This document shows positions 53,350-64,000 of a stretch of DNA of 64,000 nucleotides, piece by piece; position 1 is the stretch's first letter; each line of letters begins with the position of its first letter. The position numbers were made by a program, and so were the translations under genes. Source of the DNA: Eledone cirrhosa (lineage: Eukaryota); NCBI GenBank assembly GCA_964016885.1, contig OZ024756.1, positions 9,610,001 through 9,674,000 of the forward strand. The letters run 5' to 3'. Below the pieces are notes generated by a model. It did no database searches and was not told the DNA's origin. It worked only from the letters and a program-made list of their open reading frames with translations.

Positions 53350-56300
53350 ATCTCTCTACTGTCTCTATCTCTCTACTGTCCCTATTTCTCTACTGTCTCT
53401 ATCTCTCTACTGTCTCTATCTCTCTATCGTTTCTATCTCTCTACTGTCTCTACCCCTCTACTGTCTCTATCTCTCTACTGTCTCTATCTCTCTACTGTCT
53501 ATATCCCTCTACTGTCTCTACCTCCCTACTGTCTCTATCTCTCTACTGTCTCTATCTCTCTACTGTCTCTATCTCTCTACTGTCTCTACCTCTCTACTGT
53601 CTATATCTCTCTACTGTGTCTATCTCTCTACTGTCTATATCTCTCTACTGTCTCTACCCCTCTACTATCTCTATCTCTCTACTGTCTCTATCTCTCTACT
53701 GTCTCTATCTCTCTACTGTCTATATCTCTCTACTGTCTCTACCCCTCTACTGTCTCTATCTCTCTACTGTCTCTATCTCCCTACTGTCTCTATCTCTCTA
53801 CTGTCTCTACCCCTCTACTGTCTCTATCTCTCTACTGTCTCTACCCCTCTACTATCTCTATCTCTCTACTGTCTCTATCTCTCTACTGTCTCTATCTCTC
53901 TACTGTCCCTATCTCTCTACTGTCTCTATCTCTCTACCGTCTCTATCTCTCTACTGTCTCTATCTCTCTATTGTTTCTATCTCTCTACTGTCTCTATCTC
54001 TCTACTGTCTATATCTCTCTAATGTCTCTACCCCTCTACTGTCTCTATCTCTCTACTGTCTCTATCTCTCTACTGTCTCTATCTCTCTACTGTCTCTATC
54101 TCTCTACTGTCTCTATCTCTCTACTGTCTATATCTCTCTACTGTCTCTACCCCTCTACTGTCTCTATCTCTCTACTGTCTCTATCTCTCTACTGTCTCTA
54201 TCTCTCTACTGACTCTATCTCTCTACTGTCTCTACCTCTCTACTGTCTCTATCTCTCTACTGTCTCTATCTCTCTACTGTCTCTATCTCTCTACTGTTTC
54301 TATCTCTCTACTGTCTCTACCTCTCTACTGTCTATATCTCTCTCCTGTCTCTCTCTCTCTACTGTCCCTATCTCTCTATTGTCTCTATCTCTCTACTGTC
54401 TCTATCTCTCTACTGTCTCTATCTCTCTATTGTTTCTATCTCTCTACTCTCTCTATCTCTCTACTGTCTCTATTTCTCTACTGTCTCTATCTCTCTACTG
54501 TCTCTATCTCTCTACTGTCTCTATCTCTCTTCTGTCTCTATCTCTCTACTGTCTCTATCTCTCTACTGTCCCTATTTCTCTACTGTCTCTATCTCTCTAC
54601 TGTCTCTATCTCTCTATCGTTTCTATCTCTCTACTGTCTCTATCTCTCTACTGTCTATCTCTCTACTGTCTCTATCTCTCTACTGTCTCTACCTCTCTAC
54701 TATCTCGATCTCTCTACTGTCTCTATCTCTCTACTGTCTCTATCTCTCTTCTGTCTCTATCTCTCTACTGTCTCTATCTCTCTACTGTCTCTATCTCTCT
54801 ACTGTCTCTATCTCTCTACTGTCTCCATCTCTCTACTGTCTCTACCTCTCTACTGTCTATATCTCTCTACTGTCTCTATCTCTCTACTGTCCCTATCTCT
54901 CTACTGTCTCTATCTCTCTACCGTCTCTATCTCTCTACTGTCTCTATCTCTCTACTGTCTCTATCTCTCTACTGTCTATATCTCTCTACTGTCTCTACCC
55001 CTCTACTGTCTCTATCTCTCTACTGTCTCTATCTCTCTACTGTCTCTATCTCTCTACTGACTCTATCTCTCTACTGTCTCTACCTCTCTACTGTCTCTAT
55101 CTCTCTACTGTCTCTTTCTCTCTACTGTTTCTATCTCTCTACTGTTTCTATCTCTCTACTGTCTCTACCTCTCTACTGTCTATATCTCTCTACTGTCTCT
55201 CTCTCTCTACTGTCCCTATCTCTCTATTGTCTCTATCTCTCTACTGTCTCTATCTCTCTACTGTCTCTATCTCTCTATTGTTTCTATCTCTCTACTCTCT
55301 CTATCTCTCTACTGTCTATCTCTCTACTGTCTATATCCCTCTACTGTCGCTACCTGTCTACTATCTCGATCTCTCTACTGTCTCTATCTCTCTACTGTCT
55401 CTATCTCTCTACTGTCTCTATCTCTCTACTGTCTCTATCTCTCTACTGTCTACATCTCTCTACTGTCTCTATCTCTCTACTGTCTCTATCTCTCTACTGT
55501 CTCTATCTCTCTACTGTCTCTATCACTCTACTGTCTCTACCTCTCTACTGTCTCTATCTCTCTACTGTCTACATCTCTCTACTGTCTCTATCTCTCTACT
55601 GTCTCTATCTCTCTACTGTCTCTATCTCTCTTCTGTCTCTATCTCTCTACTGTCTCTATCTCTCTACTGTCCCTATTTCTCTACTGTCTCTATCTCTCTA
55701 CTGTCTCTATCTCTCTATCGTTTCTATCTCTCTACTGTCTCTACCCCTCTACTGTCTCTATCTCTCTACTGTCTCTATCTCTCTACTGTCTATATCCCTC
55801 TACTGTCTCTACCTCCCTACTCTCTCTATCTCTCTACTGTCTCTATCTCTCTACTGTCTCTATCTCTCTACTGTCTCTACCTCTCTACTGTCTATATCTC
55901 TCTACTGTCTCTATCTCTCTACTGTCTATATCTCTCTACTGTCTCTACCCCTCTACTATCTCTATCTCTCTACTGTCTCTATCTCTCTACTGTCTCTATC
56001 TCTCTACTGTCTATATCTCTCTACTGTCTCTACCCCTCTACTGTCTCTATCTCTCTACTGTCTCTATCTCTCTACTGTCTCTATCTCTCTACTGTCTCTA
56101 TCTCTCTACTGTCTCCATCTCTCTACTGTCTCTACCTCTCTACTGTCTATATCTCTCTACTGTCTCTATCTCTCTACTGTCCCTATCTCTCTACTGTCTC
56201 TATCTCTCTACCGTCTCTATCTCTCTACTGTCTCTATCTCTCTATTGTTTCTATCTCTCTACTGTCTCTATCTCTCTACTGTCTATATCTCTCTAATGTC

Positions 56301-57900
56301 TCTACCCCTCTACTGTCTCTATCTCTCTACTGTCTCTATCTGTCTACTGTCTCTATCTCTCTACTGTCTCTATCTCTCTACTGTCTCTATCTCTCTACTG
56401 TCTATATCTCTCTACTGTCTCTACCCCTCTACTGTCTCTATCTCTCTACTGTCTCTATCTCTCTACTGTCTCTATCTCTCTACTGACTCTATCTCTCTAC
56501 TGTCTCTACCTCTCTACTGTCTCTATCTCTCTACTGTCTCTATCTCTCTACTGTCTCTATCTCTCTACTGTTTCTATCTCTCTACTGTCTCTACCTCTCT
56601 ACTGTCTATATCTCTCTCCTGTCTCTCTCTCTCTACTGTCCCTATCTCTCTATTGTCTCTATCTCTCTACTGTCTCTATCTCTCTACTGTCTCTATCTCT
56701 CTATTGTTTCTATCTCTCTACTCTCTCTATCTCTCTACTGTCTCTATTTCTCTACTGTCTCTATCTCTCTACTGTCTCTATCTCTCTACTGTCTCTATCT
56801 CTCTTCTGTCTCTATCTCTCTACTGTCTCTATCTCTCTACTGTCCCTATTTCTCTACTGTCTCTATCTCTCTACTGTCTCTATCTCTCTATCGTTTCTAT
56901 CTCTCTACTGTCTCTATCTCTCTACTGTCTATCTCTCTACTGTCTCTATCTCTCTACTGTCTCTACCTCTCTACTATCTCGATCTCTCTACTGTCTCTAT
57001 CTCTCTACTGTCTCTATCTCTCTTCTGTCTCTATCTCTCTACTGTCTCTATCTCTCTACTGTCTCTATCTCTCTACTGTCTCTATCTCTCTACTGTCTCC
57101 ATCTCTCTACTGTCTCTACCTCTCTACTGTCTATATCTCTCTACTGTCTCTATCTCTCTACTGTCCCTATCTCTCTACTGTCTCTATCTCTCTACCGTCT
57201 CTATCTCTCTACTGTCTCTATCTCTCTATTGTTTCTATCTCTCTACTGTCTCCATCTCTCTACTGTCTATATCTCTCTACTGTCTCTACCCCTCTACTGT
57301 CTCTATCTCTCTACTGTCTCTATCTCTCTACTGTCTCTATCTCTCTACTGACTCTATCTCTCTACTGTCTCTACCTCTCTACTGTCTCTATCTCTCTACT
57401 GTCTCTTTCTCTCTACTGTTTCTATCTCTCTACTGTTTCTATCTCTCTACTGTCTCTACCTCTCTACTGTCTATATCTCTCTACTGTCTCTCTCTCTCTA
57501 CTGTCCCTATCTCTCTATTGTCTCTATCTCTCTACTGTCTCTATCTCTCTACTGTCTCTATCTCTCTATTGTTTCTATCTCTCTACTCTCTCTATCTCTC
57601 TACTGTCTATCTCTCTACTGTCTATATCCCTCTACTGTCGCTACCTGTCTACTATCTCGATCTCTCTACTGTCTCTATCTCTCTACTGTCTCTATCTCTC
57701 TACTGTCTCTATCTCTCTACTGTCTCTATCTCTCTACTGTCTACATCTCTCTACTGTCTCTATCTCTCTACTGTCTCTATCTCTCTACTGTCTCTATCTC
57801 TCTACTGTCTCTATCACTCTATTGTCTCTACCTCTCTACTGTCTCTATCTCTCTACTGTCTACATCTCTCTACTGTCTCTATCTCTCTACTGTCTCTATC
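53350..57900. repeat. ~2.28-kb tandem duplication (offsets 2,274 and 2,291)
   Basis: Stops 54212/56486 and TCGA 54705/56979 are 2,274 apart; ORF starts 55227/57518 and TCGA 55366/57657 are 2,291 apart, a one-monomer difference. Confidence 0.82.
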
Positions 57901-58099
57901 TCTCTACTGTCTACATCTCTCTACTGTCTCTATCTCTCTACTGTCTACATCTCTCTACTGTCTCTATCTCTCTACTGTCTCTATCTCTCTACTGTCTCTA
58001 TCTCTCTACTGTCTCTATCACTCTACTGTCTCTACCTCTCTACTGTCTCTATCTCTCTACTGTCTACATCTCTCTACTGTCTCTATCTCTCTACTGTCT

Positions 58100-61000
58100 C
58101 TATCTCTCTACTGTCTACATCTCTCTACTGTCTCTATCTCTCTACTGTCTACATCTCTCTACTGTCTCTATCTCTCTACTGTCTCTATCTCTCTACTGTC
58201 TACATCTCTCTACTGTCTATATCTCTCTACTGTCTCTACCTCTCTACTGTCTCTATCTCTCTACTGTCTATATCTCTCTACTGTCTCTATCTCTCTACTG
58301 TCTCTACCTCTCTACTGTCTCTATCTCTCTACTGTCTCTATCTCTCTACTGTCTCTATCTCTCTACTCTCTCTATCTCTCTACTGTCTCTATCTCTCTAC
58401 TGTCTCTATCTCTCTGCTGTCTCTACCTCTCTACTGTCTCTATCTCTCTACTGTCTCTATCTCTCCACTGTCTCTATCTCTCTACTGTCTATATCTCTCT
58501 ATTGTCTCTATCTCTCTACTGTCTCTATCTCTCTACTGTCTCTATCTCTCTACTGTCTCTATCTCTCTACTGTCTCTACCTCTCTACTGTCCTTATCTCT
58601 CTACTGTCTCTATCTCTCTACTGTCTATATCTCTCTACTGTCTCTATCTCTCTACTGTCTCTATCTCTCCACTGTCTCTACCTCTCTACTGTCCTTATCT
58701 CTCTACCGTCTCTATCTCTCTACTGTCTCTATCTCTCTATTGTTTCTATCTCTCTACTGTCTCTATCTCTCTACTGTCTCTATCTCTCCACTGTCTCTAT
58801 CTCTCTGCTGTCTCTACCTCTCTACTGTCTCTATCTCTATACTGTCTCTATCTCTCTACTGTCTCTATCTCTCTACTGCCTACATCTCTCTACTGTCTCT
58901 ATCTCTCTACTGTCTCTATCTCTCCACTGTCTCTATCTCTCTACTGTCTCTACCCTCTACTGTCTCTATCTCTCTACAGTCTCTATCTCTCTACTGTCTC
59001 TATCTCTCTACTGTCTCTATCTCTCTACTGTCTCCATCTCTCTACTGTCTCTACCTCTCTACTGTCTATATCTCTCTACTGTCTCTATCTCTCTACTGTT
59101 CCTATCTCTCTACTGTCTCTATCTCTCTACCGTCTCTATCTCTCTACTGTCTCTATCTCTCTATTGTTTCTATCTCCCTACTGTCTCTATCTCTCTACTG
59201 TCTATATCTCTCTACTGTCTCTACCCCTCTACTGTCTCTATCTCTCTATTGTTTCTATCTCCCTACTGTCTCTATCTCTCTACTGTCTCTATCTCTCTAC
59301 TGTCTCTATCTCTCTACTGTCTCTATCTCTCTACTGTCTATATCTCTCTACTGTCTCTACCCCTCTACTGTCTCTATCTCTCTACTGTCGCTATCTCTCT
59401 ACTGTCTCTATCTCTCTACTGACACTATCTCTCTACTGTCTCTACCTCTCTACTGTCTCTATCTCTCGACTGTCTCTATCTCTCTACTGTCTCTATCTCT
59501 CTACTGTTTCTATCTCTCTACTGTCTCTACCTCTCTACTGTCTATATCTCTCTACTGTCTCTCTCTCTCTACTGTCCCTATCTCTCTATTGTCTCTATCT
59601 CTCTACTGTCTCTATCTCTCTACTGTCTCTATCTCTCTATTGTTTCTATCTCTCTACTGTCTCTATCTCTCTACTGTCTATCTCTCTACTGTCTATATCC
59701 CTCTACTGTCGCTACCTGTCTACTATCTCGATCTCTCTACTGTCTCTATCTCTCTACTGTCTCTATCTCTCTACTGTCTCTATCTCTCTACTGTCTCTAT
59801 CTCTCTACTGTCTACATCCCTCTACTGTCTCTATCTCTCTACTGTCTCTATCTCTCTACTGTCTCTATCTCTCTACTGTCTCTACCTCTCTACTGTCTCT
59901 ATCTCTCTACTGTCTACATCTCTCTACTGTCTCTATCTCTCTACTGTCTCTATCTCTCTACTGTCTCTATCTCTCTACTGTCTACATCTCTCTACTGTCT
60001 ATATCTCTCTACTGTCTCTACCTCTCTACTGTCTCTATCTCTCTACTGTCTATATCTCTCTACTGTCTCTATCTCTCTACTGTCTCTACCTCTCTACTGT
60101 CTCTATCTCTCTACTGTCTCTATCTCTCTACTGTCTCTATCTCTCTACTCTCTCTATCTCTCTACTGTCTCTATCTCTCTACTGTCTCTATCTCTCTGCT
60201 GTCTCTACCTCTCTACTGTCTCTATCTCTCTACTGTCTCTATCTCTCCACTGTCTCTATCTCTCTACTGTCTATATCTCTCTATTGTCTCTATCTCTCTA
60301 CTGTCTCTATCTCTCTACTGTCTCTATCTCTCTACTGTCTCTATCTCTCTACTGTCTCTACCTCTCTACTGTCCTTATCTCTCTACTGTCTCTATCTCTC
60401 TACTGTCTATATCTCTCTACTGTCTCTATCTCTCTACTGTCTCTATCTCTCCACTGTCTCTACCTCTCTACTGTCCTTATCTCTCTACCGTCTCTATCTC
60501 TCTACTGTCTCTATCTCTCTATTGTTTCTATCTCTCTACTGTCTCTATCTCTCTACTGTCTCTATCTCTCCACTGTCTCTATCTCTCTGCTGTCTCTACC
60601 TCTCTACTGTCTCTATCTCTATACTGTCTCTATCTCTCTACTGTCTCTATCTCTCTACTGCCTACATCTCTCTACTGTCTCTATCTCTCTTCTGTCTCTA
60701 TCTCTCCACTGTCTCTATCTCTCTACTGTCTCTACCCTCTACTGTCTCTATCTCTCTACTGTTTCTACCTCTCTGCTGTCTCTATCTCTCTACTGTCTCT
60801 ATCTCTCTACTGTCTCCATCTCTCTACTGTCTCTACCTCTCTACTGTCTATATCTCTCTACTGTCTCTATCTCTCTACTGTTCCTATCTCTCTACTGTCT
60901 CTATCTCTCTACCGTCTCTATCTCTCTACTGTCTCTATCTCTCTATTGTTTCTATCTCCCTACTGTCTCTATCTCTCTACTGTCTATATCTCTCTACTGT

Positions 61001-61400
61001 CTCTACCCCTCTACTGTCTCTATCTCTGTACTGTCTCTATCTCTCTACTGTCTCTATCTCTCTACTGTCTCTATCTCTCTACTGTCTCTATCTCTCTACT
61101 GTCTATATCTCTCTACTGTCTCTACCCCTCTACTGTCTCTATCTCTCTACTGTCGCTATCTCTCTACTGTCTCTATCTCTCTACTGACACTATCTCTCTA
61201 CTGTCTCTACCTCTCTACTGTCTCTATCTCTCGACTGTCTCTATCTCTCTACTGTCTCTATCTCTCTACTGTTTCTATCTCTCTACTGTCTCTACCTCTC
61301 TACTGTCTATATCTCTCTACTGTCTCTCTCTCTCTCTCTACTGTTCCTATCTCTCTATTGTCTCTATCTCTCTACTGTCTCTATCTCTCTACTGTCTCTA
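58100..61400. repeat. ~1.77-kb tandem duplication
   Basis: TGACACTAT stops 59422/61187 and CTCGACTG (TCGA at 59466/61231) are 1,765 apart; GCCTACAT at ~58878/~60660 is 1,782 apart. Confidence 0.82.
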
Positions 61401-64000
61401 TATCTCTACTGTCTACATCTCTCCACTGTCTCTATCTCTCTACTGTCTACATCTCTCTACTGTCTCTACCTCTCTACTGTCTATATCTCTCTACTGTTTC
61501 TATCTCTCTACTGTCTATATCTCTCTACTGTCTCTACCCCTCTACTGTCTCTATCTCTCTACTGTCTCTATCTCCCTACTGTCTCTATCTCCCTACTGTC
61601 TCTATCTCTCTACTGTCTCTATCTCTCTACAGTCTATATCTCTCTACTGTCTCTACCCCTCTACTGTCTATATCTCTCTACTGTCTCTACCCCTCTACTG
61701 TCTCTATCTCTCTACTGTCTCTATCTCTCTACTGTCTCTATCTCTCTACTGTCTCTATCTCTCTACTGTCTATATCTCTCTACTGTCTCTACCCCTCTAC
61801 TGTCTCTATCTCCCTACTGTCTCTATCTCTCTACTGTCTCTATCTCTCTACTGTCTCTACCTCTCTACTGTCTCTATCTCTCACACTGTCTCTATCTCTC
61901 TACTGTCTCTATCTCTCTACTGTCTCTATCTCTCTACTGTCTCTATTTCTCTACTGTCTCTATCTCTCTACTGTCTCTATCTCTCTACTGTCTCTATCTC
62001 TCTTCTGTCTCTATCTCTCTACTGTCTCTATCTCTCTACTGTCCCTATTTCTCTACTGTCTCTATCTCTCTACTGTCTCTATCTCTCTATCGTTTCTATC
62101 TCTCTACTGTCTCTATCTCTCTACTGTCTATCTCTCTACTGTCTCTATCTCTCTACTGTTTCTACCTCTCTACTATCTCGATCTCTCTACTGTCTCTATC
62201 TCTCTACTGTCTCTATCTCTCTTCTGTCTCTATCTCTCTACTGTCTCTATCTCTCTACTGTCTCTATCTCTCTACTGTCTCTATCTCTCTTCTGTCTCTA
62301 TCTCTCTACTGTCTCTATCTCTCTACTGTCCCTATTTCTCTACTGTCTCTATCTATCTACTGTCTCTATCTCTCTATCGTTTCTACCTCTCTACTGTCTC
62401 TACCCCTCTACTGTCTCTATCTCTCTACTGTCTCTATCTCTCTACTGTCTATATCCCTCTACTGTCTCTACCTCTCTACTGTCTCTATCTCTCTACTGTC
62501 TCTATCTCTCTACTGTCTCTATCTCTCTACTGTCTCTACCTCTCTACTGTCTATATCTCTCTACTGTCTCTATCTCTCTACTGTCTATATCTCTCTACTG
62601 TCTCTACCCCTCTACTATCTCTATCTCTCTACTGTCTCTATCTCTCTACTGTCTCTATCTCTCTACTGTCTATATCTCTCTACTGTCTCTACCCCTCTAC
62701 TGTCTCTATCTCTCTACTGTCTCTATCTCTCTACTGTCTCTATCTCACTACTGTCTCTATCTCTCTACTGTCTCCATCTCTCTACTGTCTCTACCTCTCT
62801 ACTGTCTCTATCTCTCTACTGTCTCTATCTCTCTACTGTCCCTATCTCTCTACCGTCTCTATCTCTCTACTGTCTCTATCTCTCTATTGTTTCTGTCTCT
62901 CTACTGTCTCTATCTCTCTACTGTCTATATCTCTCTACTGTCTCTACCCCTCTACTGTCTCTATCTCTCTACTGTCTCTATCTCTCTACTGTCTCTATCT
63001 CTCTACTGTCTCTATCTCTCTACTGTCTCTATCTCTCTACTGTCTATATCTCTCTACTGTCTCTACCCCTCTACTGTCTCTATCTCTCTACTGTCTCTAT
63101 CTCTCTACTGTCTCTATCTCTCTACTGACTCTATCTCTCTACTGCTCTACCTCTCTACTGTCTCTATCTCTCTACTGTCTCTATCTCTCTACTGTCTCTA
63201 TCTCTCTACTGTTTCTATCTCTCTACTGTCTCTACCTCTCTACTGTCTATATCTCTCTACTGTCTCTCTCTCTCTACTGTCCCTATCTCTCTATTGTCTC
63301 TATCTCTCTACTGTCTCTATCTCTCTACTGTCTCTATCTCTCTATTGTTTCTATCTCTCTACTCTCTCTATCTCTCTACTGTCTATCTCTCTACTGTCTC
63401 TATCTCTCTACTGTCTCTATCTCTCTACTGTCTCTACCTCTCTACTGTCCTTATCTCTCTACCATCTCTATCTCTCTACTGTCTCTATCTCTCTATTGTT
63501 TCTATCTCTCTACTGTCTCTATCTCTCTACTGTCTCCATCTCTCCACTGTCTCTATCTCTCTGCTGTCTCTACCTCTCTACTGTCTCTATCTCTCTACTG
63601 TCCCTATCTCTCCACTGTCTCTATCTCTCTACTGTCTATATCTCTCTACTGTCTCTATCTCTCCACTGTCTCTATCTCTCTGCTGTCTCTACCTCTCTAC
63701 TGTCTCTATCTCTCTACTGTCCCTATCTCTCCACTGTCTCTATCTCTCTACTGTCTATATCTCTCTACTGTCTCTATCTCTCTATTGTTTCTATCTCTCT
63801 ACTGTCTCTATCTCTCTACTGTCTCTATCTCTCTACTGTCTCTATCTCTCTGCTGTCTCTACCTCTCTACTGTCTCTATCTCTCTACTGTCTCTATCTCT
63901 CCACTGTCTCTATCTCTCTACTGTCTCTATCTCCCTACTGTCCCATTCTCTCTACTGTCTCTCTCTCTCTACTGTCTCTATCTCTCTACTGTCTCTATCT

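Larger units (their letters stand above)
17519..64000. repeat. 17-bp minisatellite/satellite array, consensus CTGTCTCTATCTCTCTA (minus: TAGAGAGATAGAGACAG), ~2,700 copies, continuing past the window end
   Basis: Monomer read directly, e.g. near-perfect runs at 17960-18060 and 27480-27610. 46.5 kb / 17 is about 2,730. Plus-strand translations repeat every 17 aa (LSLSLYCLYLSTVSISL = 3 monomers). Same orientation throughout; no unique insertion seen. Confidence 0.99.

Noticed and set aside
18478-61187. Very long L/S/Y/C-rich ORFs (up to 2,652 aa) as genuine CDS
   Set aside because: The same peptide appears in all frames with a 17-aa period equal to three DNA monomers; variants and indels show no regard for codon position.
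17519-64000. CRISPR-like or other repeat-spacer array
   Set aside because: Monomers are head-to-tail with no unique spacers, and there are no cas or other genes in the window.
1-64000. Pure sequencing or basecalling noise, or synthetic sequence
   Set aside because: Rare variants recur in conserved order at consistent, monomer-multiple offsets, which random error would not produce. Local mis-assembly of copy number or of the junction remains possible.
1-64000. Assignment to a host taxon or to a centromere
   Set aside because: There is no unique sequence; short-period satellites like these occur in many eukaryotes and no recognisable centromeric motif is present.

Overview
The whole window is tandem-repeat (satellite) DNA with no supportable gene, RNA gene, mobile element or CRISPR array. 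It holds two arrays joined abruptly at ~17,518/17,519. (1) 1-17,518 is an A/C-rich compound microsatellite built from ACC and AACC blocks (7-bp ACCAACC and 11-bp ACCAACCAACC units; GGT/GGTT on the minus strand), with a more diverged core and kb-scale internal duplications. (2) 17,519-64,000, running off the window end, is about 2,700 copies of a 17-bp pyrimidine-rich monomer CTGTCTCTATCTCTCTA, whose rare variants reveal a patchwork of tandem duplications of roughly 1.0-3.6 kb. All ORFs in the track are by-products of stop-free repeat consensus sequences. The DNA looks like eukaryotic heterochromatic or subtelomeric sequence (inference; host not identifiable). I find no evidence for a new gene-encoded system. 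What is worth following up is structural: higher-order repeat formation, the spacer-free junction, two-tier G-quadruplex potential and telomere-like polarity of array 1, and dense GATA/GAGA motifs in array 2. Spacings were counted by hand from landmark motifs and ORF coordinates; block boundaries are approximate.
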